Assembly (NCBI RefSeq): GCF_018398935.1
Contig: NZ_CP074694.1
Span: 4,410,001 to 4,442,000 of the forward strand
Source of the DNA: Telmatocola sphagniphila
GTDB lineage: Bacteria; Planctomycetota; Planctomycetia; Gemmatales; Gemmataceae
Direction of reading: 5' to 3'
DNA length: 32,000 nt
In this document: positions 15,446-22,944 of the stretch, piece by piece
Layout of the letters: each line of letters begins with the position of its first letter
Numbering within the stretch: position 1 is the first letter of the stretch
Translations under genes and position numbers: made by a program
Notes under the pieces: model-generated
What the model was told of the DNA's origin: nothing
Seen by the model: the letters and a program-made list of their open reading frames with translations, nothing else
Databases searched by the model: none

Positions 15446-16573
15446 TTACTTTCCCGCCGGCTCTTCGGGCCCCCGATTCAACACGAATGTCACCAGAGGC
15501 GTGATGACCAGAATGCCGCCCGACATAAACACTGCCAAGGCTCCCAGAATGAAGGGAGAGAACAGAATGTCCTGAAGTTCACGCCCCAGCCAACGCCAAC
15601 TGAACCAGGTGATCAAAGTCCCGAGCACTAACCCCGGCCCGAACGGAAATCCCTCCTCCTGATCCTTCTTCTTGAAGATTTCCAGTGGCAAATTGATGAA
15701 CAGTGCCGCCAGACAGCCGACGAAGAAGCTGATAATGGTCATCTGCCAGCCGAGGAAGGCCCCAACCATCATCATCAGATCGGCATCGCCCAGCCCCAAG
15801 GGTTCCCGGCCCAGCACAATCATAAACAGAAAACGCACGGCCCGGACAAAGAACATCCCCGCCAGAGCCCCGGCCAGAGCATTCGCCAGACCGAGTTGAA
15901 TACTGCCCGGGGGCAGAAATTCGGGCAGCGGCCCCCAAACCGGCCACGCAGTCAGCCCGGCCGGGATCAGGCCGTGCAGTTCCGGCATGAACCAACCCTG
16001 ATTGTTCGGCAGGCCCGCGGCCACCATTGGATTATTCGGCCAGGGCCAGGGGAGCAGAGTCGTGAAGATCAGGCCGAAGACAGTGCCCGGGAGGGTGACC
16101 GTCAGCGGAATCAGCTTGTGGTCAATATCGCACCAGGTGGCCACGATGAGATAGCTGAGGAACAGGGCATCCCGAACGAACAGAACCAGCATCTGCCAGG
16201 GGATATCGCCATGTTCCAGACGATATTTGTGAGTTTTGATGAAGGGAATACCTTCAACGTTCCAGTGAAATTCGACATAGAAAAGCAGCGCGAATAGAGT
16301 GCCGGTCATCAACTCGATCCACATATACCGGCTGGAATAGGGCACGCCGCAATGACGGCACTTACCGCGCGAGATAATGTAGGAGAGTACCGGGATGTTG
16401 CTCCAGCCGCGCAGCGGCGTCAGGCAGTTCATGCAGCGTGAACCGGGCCAGAGAATGCTCTTTTCCAGCGGCAGCCGATAGATGCAGACGTTCAGCAGGC
16501 TACCGATGATGGTGCCCAGAACGAAAGCGCAAATCAGGAAATAGGGTTCGAAGACGAAAAGCGGGAATCCCAT
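15446..16573 (-). CDS. Type IV prepilin peptidase (A24 family), unusually long
   Basis: N-terminal GSLLNVCIYRLP with the CxxC...CxxC pair (CMNC, CRHC). Aspartate motifs WCDIDHKLIP and GLGDADLMMMVGAFLGW. 375 aa, with a Pro/Trp-rich insertion between the two Asp motifs. Confidence 0.9.
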   Translation of the reverse strand: MGFPLFVFEPYFLICAFVLGTIIGSLLNVCIYRLPLEKSILWPGSRCMNCLTPLRGWSNIPVLSYIISRGKCRHCGVPYSSRYMWIELMTGTLFALLFYVEFHWNVEGIPFIKTHKYRLEHGDIPWQMLVLFVRDALFLSYLIVATWCDIDHKLIPLTVTLPGTVFGLIFTTLLPWPWPNNPMVAAGLPNNQGWFMPELHGLIPAGLTAWPVWGPLPEFLPPGSIQLGLANALAGALAGMFFVRAVRFLFMIVLGREPLGLGDADLMMMVGAFLGWQMTIISFFVGCLAALFINLPLEIFKKKDQEEGFPFGPGLVLGTLITWFSWRWLGRELQDILFSPFILGALAVFMSGGILVITPLVTFVLNRGPEEPAGK

Positions 16574-17079
16574 GCTTCCAGAATAGCAGCGGCAACGCGG
16601 TCCGGGAATAAGGAGTCACATGAAATTTGAAGATCGGCCAATTGTGTGTAGAGCGGCGTGCGAATATCCAGCATTTGCTGAATTTCGGACAATCCGCCGC
16701 CAGCAAGGTTCGGCCGACGGTCCGCTGTGGTCATATCGGCGTGAATCCGGCCGAATAACGTCTCCGGGCTGGCACTCAGCCAGACCACGAAGCCGGTATT
16801 CTTCATAATTTTCCGATTTTCTTCCCGGAGAACGATGCCGCCGCCGGTGGAGATGACCGTTTTGTGTTCCCGGCTCAGTTCGAGAAGATTTTCCGACTCC
16901 CGATCGCGAAAGGCCGGCTCGCCCTGTGCGGCGAAGTATTCCCGAATCGTCGTCTGGTGCTTCTGTTCGAAAAGGGTATCGGCATCGACATAGCGCCAAT
17001 TCAAATGCTGCGCCAGAAGGGGGCCGACCGTGCTTTTGCCCGAGCCGCGATAACCGATGAGATAAATGCGATCCTTCAT
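16534..17079 (-). CDS. aroK: Shikimate kinase
   Basis: Walker A IYLIGYRGSGKSTVG, DADTLFEQ, and ISTGGGIV. 181 aa. The 3' end overlaps the prepilin peptidase start by 40 nt. Confidence 0.9.
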   Translation of the reverse strand: MKDRIYLIGYRGSGKSTVGPLLAQHLNWRYVDADTLFEQKHQTTIREYFAAQGEPAFRDRESENLLELSREHKTVISTGGGIVLREENRKIMKNTGFVVWLSASPETLFGRIHADMTTADRRPNLAGGGLSEIQQMLDIRTPLYTQLADLQISCDSLFPDRVAAAILEAWDSRFSSSNPIS

Positions 17080-18464
17080 ACCACGGCTCCCGCAAGGATG
17101 CCCGCTTCGCCCGGAACGGCCAGAAAAGGAGTCTGGCAGTTCTCGCAGGTGATCAATCGCTGCTTCCAGAGGAGTTCGTGGTAAGCGTCCTTCTCCTGCT
17201 GCTGATAATACTCGACATAATGCTGGAACGTTTCAAAGTAGTAGTCGGTCCAGGAGTGCAATTTGCGAACAATTTCCTTGGGAACTTTGGGAGAGACGGT
17301 GAACTTGACATCGTCGATTTTCTTCTTGTCGAAAAACAGCCCTTCTTCGCAAAGCACAATGGCATGTTCAGCCGTTCCACCCAGAGCTTCCGAGCGCTGA
17401 ATCATCATCAACAGATCGGGTTCCTTGAGGAGGATCTGGGAGAGTTCGCCTTCCGTCCCTGCCAGCGAGAAGACCGTTTCGACTTCGCCGAGGGTCTTCC
17501 AGTCGTAGACTTTGCCTCGTTTCCAGAGCGTGTAAAGGTTCCAGAGTCCCGATTCATTTTCGCTGGCGATGGCCTGACCCAGACTGGGGTAGAGTTTTCC
17601 CATCAAATGCAATTTTCGCGGCTGCCAGCCGACTTCGAACCATTTCTGGCAGAGCAGGACGCGCAGCCGGACGCGAACTTCGCGGTCTTCGGTCGCGCGG
17701 GGCAGCATCTGCAGTACTTCATCCGCATAAGCTAGCGGCAATTCTCCTGAAGCGACCGAGGCAATGTGATCGAGGAGGCGCAGGACTAACGCAACTGCAG
17801 TGATATCCTCGACCTGCAGCATCCGCAGCGTGCTGGATACCATCAGCCGGTACATCCGGGTGTTGCCGTTCTCCTCCATGCGGGAGTTGACGGCATTGGC
17901 ACAGATTTTTGTCTGTCGCAGAATTTCCCCGAAGCGGACAATCGGCATCCGCTGGTGCGATTCAAACAGACAGATCTCATAGACCATGGCCATTTGCTTG
18001 ACGTTGAAAGCATTGGCGTGAAACTGCGGGGCGGCCTCTTCCCAGAAGGCTTCCACCAGTTCCTGATCCTGGTCGATTTTCTTATCAGCGCGGTTATTGA
18101 TGAGCCACAGGGGAACCGCCGACACGATCAGACTGATGAGGATCAGCACGACGTGATTGCCATGAATATTCGAAATGAATAAGGCCAGCAGCAGACCAGC
18201 GATCAGGACCGGCATCGTCGTGAGCCAGATGTAGGCCCGAGAGGATAATTCGCTGACCAGCACCATACGCTTGGGTCGATTGTCGCCAGGGTATTCGAGC
18301 AGATAGCGGTCGTAGAAATAGGTTTCGTCCTTGCGGAGTTCCCAATTGGTCCAGACGATACGGTCGCCCTCGCGCAGTACGCTGGGAGGTACGGCGGCCT
18401 CCACCAGCACGGCTTCGCGGGCGCACTTCGGACAGACCGTAATTTGGCGAACGGGATACGGCAT
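17076..18464 (-). CDS. Hypothetical membrane protein with terminal CxxC pairs
   Basis: 462-aa ORF. CPKC near residue 11 and CENC near residue 440. Two adjacent TM helices (IWLTTMPVLIAGLLLALFI, VVLILISLIVSAVPLWLI). ATGA overlap with the aroK start. No family recognised. Confidence 0.7.
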   Translation of the reverse strand: MPYPVRQITVCPKCAREAVLVEAAVPPSVLREGDRIVWTNWELRKDETYFYDRYLLEYPGDNRPKRMVLVSELSSRAYIWLTTMPVLIAGLLLALFISNIHGNHVVLILISLIVSAVPLWLINNRADKKIDQDQELVEAFWEEAAPQFHANAFNVKQMAMVYEICLFESHQRMPIVRFGEILRQTKICANAVNSRMEENGNTRMYRLMVSSTLRMLQVEDITAVALVLRLLDHIASVASGELPLAYADEVLQMLPRATEDREVRVRLRVLLCQKWFEVGWQPRKLHLMGKLYPSLGQAIASENESGLWNLYTLWKRGKVYDWKTLGEVETVFSLAGTEGELSQILLKEPDLLMMIQRSEALGGTAEHAIVLCEEGLFFDKKKIDDVKFTVSPKVPKEIVRKLHSWTDYYFETFQHYVEYYQQQEKDAYHELLWKQRLITCENCQTPFLAVPGEAGILAGAVV

Positions 18465-18476
18465 CTATTCAATCAG

Positions 18477-19259
18477 TTAGGCGATTCGCATCCGCTGGAG
18501 CGGAGAATCAGTTGAAGGCAGCGGTCTTCGAAGAAGGGCTTCGACCACTTCCCCGAGCCGTTTCACAGCGGCTTCCAGCAGGGCTTTACCGGTCTCGGCC
18601 GTGGCGAATTCCGGATAGCCGACGGCTCCCTGCCGGGTGCACTGGCTCATATCCTCGGCTACGTAAACACCCCGGCAGGCCTCGTCGCGGTATCGGGTGT
18701 CGTCGTTGCGGATGCGATCGGTTCGCACCAGATCGGGACGAAGAGCCATAATCATCGAGGTTTCGTACTCGCAGGCGTGGCCCATCTTTCGGCGCGGCCC
18801 CTGCCCCAACTCGGCGAATTCCGCCTCGGCCACTTCCCAGTAGGTGGCCGCCGTCATCAGTCGGTCGGGGAATTCCGGTTGCAGCCGTTGCAAAGCCACC
18901 TTCATCGTATCGATGTTCCCGCCATGCCCGTTGAGGATCATAATTCGGGTGAACTGACTCTTCAGGACGGAACGAATCAAGTCGCCCACCAGATCGATAT
19001 GGCGATCAACCTGCGCCGAGAGTGTTCCGCCAAACGGCAGATGGTGATCGCTGGCTCCCAGCCATTGCGTCGGCAGCAGGAGCACCTTTGCCTGCAAGGC
19101 GCGTTCCAAACCCTCGGCAATAGCCGTCGTCAGAATCGTATCTGTAAAAACCGGCAAATGCAAACTGTGCTGCTCGCAGGCGGCTATAGGGATAACCACC
19201 ACCACCCCGTCGCACGGGATCTCCTGAATATCGGGCCAGGTCAGATCGACGAAACGCAT
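18477..19259 (-). CDS. Creatininase-family amidohydrolase
   Basis: VVIPIAACEQHSLHLPVFTD, LPTQWLGASDHH, and ILNGHGGN are the metal-binding motifs I associate with the creatinine amidohydrolase family. 260 aa. Confidence 0.8.
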   Translation of the reverse strand: MRFVDLTWPDIQEIPCDGVVVVIPIAACEQHSLHLPVFTDTILTTAIAEGLERALQAKVLLLPTQWLGASDHHLPFGGTLSAQVDRHIDLVGDLIRSVLKSQFTRIMILNGHGGNIDTMKVALQRLQPEFPDRLMTAATYWEVAEAEFAELGQGPRRKMGHACEYETSMIMALRPDLVRTDRIRNDDTRYRDEACRGVYVAEDMSQCTRQGAVGYPEFATAETGKALLEAAVKRLGEVVEALLRRPLPSTDSPLQRMRIA

Positions 19260-19323
19260 GTGCTAATTCCTTTCGCTTTTCCGCTCCAAGGAATAACATA
19301 GGGACAGGGAAAGGATTTCGAAT

Positions 19324-19701
19324 ATGAAGAATTGTTGGCCATTACTCGCACTCCTCTTTTGTGCCGGCTGCAATCGCAACGATGTGGAAATCGTGATCAA
19401 AATCGGTTCTATCGTCTCCGAACGGACCAACGCCGTTCTCGAAAAAACTCCTCGTTTGAATAATCCCCTTCAAGCAAAACTTAGCAAAAAAGAGCGGGTA
19501 AAAATCCGCTTAGAATCGGAAAAGGCTCTGGCCAATTGCAATTTCGAAGTCTTCGAGACCGAACGAGGTGTGCGAATTAAGGGCGAGGTTCCGGACGAAG
19601 CCTGCAAGTCGACTGCTCTCGATCTGTCCCGGGGCACGGTGGGTGTGGAAGAGGTGGAAGACGAATTGACGGTAGTGAGCAAATCTTCGGATTCGAAGTG
19701 A
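19324..19701 (+). CDS. BON-domain lipoprotein
   Basis: Signal and lipobox-like LLALLFCAGC. C-terminal RGVRIKGEVPDEACKSTALDLSRGTVGVEEVEDELTV fits the BON pattern. Confidence 0.65.
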   Translation: MKNCWPLLALLFCAGCNRNDVEIVIKIGSIVSERTNAVLEKTPRLNNPLQAKLSKKERVKIRLESEKALANCNFEVFETERGVRIKGEVPDEACKSTALDLSRGTVGVEEVEDELTVVSKSSDSK

Positions 19702-19707
19702 ATCTTA

Positions 19708-20535
19708 TCAGTTCCACTTGGCGACCATGGAGGTCGCCTGGTTCAGTATTTTGCTGATCGCCTGGGCGTCGCTGGCCCCGGGTACCAATTCCAGATATTG
19801 CTTCAAATTATCGATGGCCGCCCCGTAACGAAGCAGTTGCACCTGACACAGCCCGAGATCTCGCTTCTGATGCGGATCGGCCGGTAGGAGAATCTTCAGC
19901 CGTTCGATGACTCGGCCGCAGCGGAGGAAATCTCCCTTTTCGAGATAGATTCCCTTCAGGTTGTTCAGCATTCGGACCACGATTTCGCCGGGTAAGGCGG
20001 TTTGGAAAGTGTCCTGAGTCACCGTGAAGGGCTTACCGGTAATCCGCTCGATCAACTGTTCGCACTCGGTAATGTCGAGTATCCGGCCGTCGTTGAACGG
20101 ATCGAAAAATATAATTTCGTCCTCGTATTGAGCTCGGGCAATGAAATGTCCGGGCAACGCCACCCCGAGAATGTTCATCCCGGCCCGCTGTCCGACGCTG
20201 ATGGCCAGCGCTGAGAGAGTGATCGGAATGCCTAGCTTCCGATGCATCACTTCGTTCATGTAGCTGTTGCGAGGGTCGTAATAGTCTTCCTGGTTGCCGG
20301 TGAAACCGAGTTCCCCGAAGAGAAACTGGCAGAGTTCCAGGACTTTGGTTTCGAGGGAGTGCACGCCGCGCAATCGGGGCCGGAGCGTCGCCGCGTAGGT
20401 GTCCAGACGTTCCACCAGCGGGTGCACATCCAGATTGGGATATTCGTCGGTCGATAGAAGTAGATTGATCTCCGTCACATCGACGGGAGTTTCCGGCTCA
20501 TCGGCGAGCAAATGCAGAAGGGGTTCAAGATTCAT
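19708..20535 (-). CDS. SirB1/UPF0162-like protein (transglutaminase-like N-domain plus TPR-like C-domain)
   Basis: YYDPRNSYMNEVMHRKLGIPITLSALAISVGQRAGMNILGVALPGHFI is the core I associate with this family. The C-terminus has TPR-like helices. Confidence 0.7.
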   Translation of the reverse strand: MNLEPLLHLLADEPETPVDVTEINLLLSTDEYPNLDVHPLVERLDTYAATLRPRLRGVHSLETKVLELCQFLFGELGFTGNQEDYYDPRNSYMNEVMHRKLGIPITLSALAISVGQRAGMNILGVALPGHFIARAQYEDEIIFFDPFNDGRILDITECEQLIERITGKPFTVTQDTFQTALPGEIVVRMLNNLKGIYLEKGDFLRCGRVIERLKILLPADPHQKRDLGLCQVQLLRYGAAIDNLKQYLELVPGASDAQAISKILNQATSMVAKWN

Positions 20536-20542
20536 TTAAGGG

Positions 20543-20568
20543 GTTGGCGCGACTTGTATCGCGCCAAC
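20543..20568. other. Intercistronic perfect stem-loop (10-bp stem)
   Basis: GTTGGCGCGA-cttgta-TCGCGCCAAC lies between the oxidoreductase stop (20579) and the SirB1-like start (20535). No U-tract on either strand. Confidence 0.5.
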
Positions 20569-20578
20569 CTTTCACAGT

Positions 20579-21997
20579 TTAGACTAACGGATCGATCTCC
20601 CATCCCTTGCGGGCGGCGAGCTTGATGTACTGGGCGGCTTCGGGGCAATTGGTGCAGGTCAGCTTTTCCGCATCCCACTGCAGCGGCTTGCCGGTACGAA
20701 TCGCCACGTTGCCCAGCAGAATGGCTTCGGTCAGAAGGCCCGCATAGTCGAAGTTGGAGAAAGCCAATTCGGGTTTGCTCGCCTTGATCGCTTCAATCCA
20801 TTCTTTCTTCTGACCATCGTCGCCGCCGTTGTTCTTGGTCAACTTCTCAGGAGTCCTGAGATTCATGCCCTGAAACTCCGCTTCGGGGAAGATGTGGAAA
20901 TCGGCACCGTAGTCGTTCGGGGAATAGAGAATTCCCTTGTCGCCGACGATGATCGAGCCGCTATCCACCAGCTTTTCATTCGGACGGAGAACTTTGGCCA
21001 GAAGATCGGCGGGAGGCAGAACCTTGTTGCCCGAGTTCTTATTATCCTTGTCGATATTCTTCTTGCCTTCGTACCAGTTGAAGGTGATCGGTCCGCGACT
21101 TCCAACCGCGGGGAACTCGAACTTGATCTGCGCCCATGAGGGGCAAGTTTCGGGGTTCACATCGCCCGCTTCAGCGACGATGCTGGTCGGCGAGGTCAGC
21201 TTCAAGCCCATGAACGCCAGGTTGGCGGTGTGGCAGGCCATATCGCCCAGGGCACCGGTTCCGAAATCCCACCAGCCACGCCAGTTGAAAGGGTGATAGC
21301 CGGGAGCGTATTCGCGATCGGATGCTGGCCCAAGGAAGAGATCCCAGTGGACCGTATCAGGAACGGGGGTTTTGCCCAATCGAGCAGTCACCCAGGGAGC
21401 TTGCGGCCAGATAGGACGGTTGGTCCAGACGTGAACTTCGGTGACTTTACCGAGTTTACCTTCCTGGATCAATTCGACGCCGCGACGCAGAACATTGGCC
21501 GCCGTTCCCTGGTTGCCCATCTGGGTGCAGACACCATGCTTTTTGGCTAGAAGTCGCATCTGGCGAGCTTCGAAGACGCTGTGGGCCAATGGCTTCTGGC
21601 AGTAAACATGCTTCTTCATGTTGATGGCCGTGAGGCTGGCCAGAGCATGCGTGTGGTCGGGAGTACTGACCGTCACGGCATCGATATCCTTGCCCATTTC
21701 GTCGAGCATTTTGCGGAAATCGTTATATTTTTTGGCGCTGGGGAACTTGTCCGAAGCGCCGCCGAGGTGACCACCGGTTTCATCGATATCGCACAGAGCG
21801 ACAACTTCGCTGAGTTTGCCAGCTTGTTCGATATCGCTGCGGCCCTTGCCACCAACGCCGATACCGGCCAAATGAACTTTACCATTAGGTCCGCTGGCCG
21901 CGCGAGCAGCGGAGTTAGCGTTTGCCGTTAAAAAGTAGCCCAGTCCGGCGGCCGTGGTGCCGACGAAGGACCGTCGATCAATGTGCTCAAAAACCAT
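20579..21997 (-). CDS. Gfo/Idh/MocA-family oxidoreductase with a twin-arginine (Tat) signal
   Basis: Tat motif DRRSFVGTTAAGLG. Rossmann GIGVGGKGRSD and DAVTVSTPDHTHA. I prefer the ATG at 21997, with AGGAG 8 nt upstream, over the tracked TTG at 22015. Confidence 0.88.
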   Translation of the reverse strand: MVFEHIDRRSFVGTTAAGLGYFLTANANSAARAASGPNGKVHLAGIGVGGKGRSDIEQAGKLSEVVALCDIDETGGHLGGASDKFPSAKKYNDFRKMLDEMGKDIDAVTVSTPDHTHALASLTAINMKKHVYCQKPLAHSVFEARQMRLLAKKHGVCTQMGNQGTAANVLRRGVELIQEGKLGKVTEVHVWTNRPIWPQAPWVTARLGKTPVPDTVHWDLFLGPASDREYAPGYHPFNWRGWWDFGTGALGDMACHTANLAFMGLKLTSPTSIVAEAGDVNPETCPSWAQIKFEFPAVGSRGPITFNWYEGKKNIDKDNKNSGNKVLPPADLLAKVLRPNEKLVDSGSIIVGDKGILYSPNDYGADFHIFPEAEFQGMNLRTPEKLTKNNGGDDGQKKEWIEAIKASKPELAFSNFDYAGLLTEAILLGNVAIRTGKPLQWDAEKLTCTNCPEAAQYIKLAARKGWEIDPLV

Positions 21998-22152
21998 GGA
22001 GAGAGCTCCTGACAAAAGGTGGGATAATTGAGGTGTAATCTATGCCAACGGAGAGTTCGTTGCAACAAAAAAGCCCGAGTACCCGGCGCAAATTGTTGCT
22101 CGAGTCCGTTAAAACAAGGTGCATTTGTCAACGAAAAGTCATCGTCCCGACT

Positions 22153-22854
22153 TCAGCTCAGGAATTCGACTTTGCTGATCATCTCGGGAAAAAGGCGTTG
22201 CGTCCAAGGGCTTTGGCCCGGTATCAGCGCGACGTAAGCTGTCGGAATCTGATCGATTTTGGGGAACAGCCGCGGCGAAGCCCAGTTCCCCAGCCGATGA
22301 ATCGATTGAGTTGGGCGCCGCTGGTCAGAAAGTAGACAATCGGCCGGGTCGTCAAACAGCGCGCAGGTCCCCAGAGCAGAGGGATAGAGCATCGTGAGTA
22401 ATTCTTGGCCCAGCTGAGCGTTATTTTCGATTCCGACCAGGTGAAAGAGACCTTGAGTACCGGTCTGAGGCTGTATGATTCGGACCCGCCAGTCATCCGC
22501 CACTTCGAGAAGCTGTACCAGTCTCCTGAGCATTCGAGTATAGATGGCCGCGGCGTTCAGCCGCGCCTGGAAATGAGGAATGGCCCGGGCCATCCGGCGG
22601 GCAACCAGCGAATGCACCAACCGGTTTTCGGCCTCGACGACCAAAACGCGCAGCCGTTTGGCCTGAAGTTGAATCAACTCGGAAACGTATGCGGTTTCCT
22701 CGAGATCGCACAGTGATCCCTGAGGTAGGAGATAATTCAATTCCTGCAGGATTTCGCGCACTTCATAAAGTGAGGAGGCTTCAAAGTTGACAGCTTTCGA
22801 GGAGGGGGCAAAATAGGAGTCGCGAGCAACTGATGCCAGTTCCATGCGGTTCAT
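22153..22854 (-). CDS. Hypothetical protein
   Basis: 233-aa ORF, the longest in this interval, lying between the ABC-F and oxidoreductase genes on the same strand. No recognisable motif. Confidence 0.5.
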   Translation of the reverse strand: MNRMELASVARDSYFAPSSKAVNFEASSLYEVREILQELNYLLPQGSLCDLEETAYVSELIQLQAKRLRVLVVEAENRLVHSLVARRMARAIPHFQARLNAAAIYTRMLRRLVQLLEVADDWRVRIIQPQTGTQGLFHLVGIENNAQLGQELLTMLYPSALGTCALFDDPADCLLSDQRRPTQSIHRLGNWASPRLFPKIDQIPTAYVALIPGQSPWTQRLFPEMISKVEFLS

Positions 22855-22944
22855 CCCTGAATCGAGCGTGCGAGTTCCACCTCATAGCCGCCGTGCGAGG
22901 TGTTGAAGCACTATCTAACCATATTCCAATCGTCTTTGGAAGTG

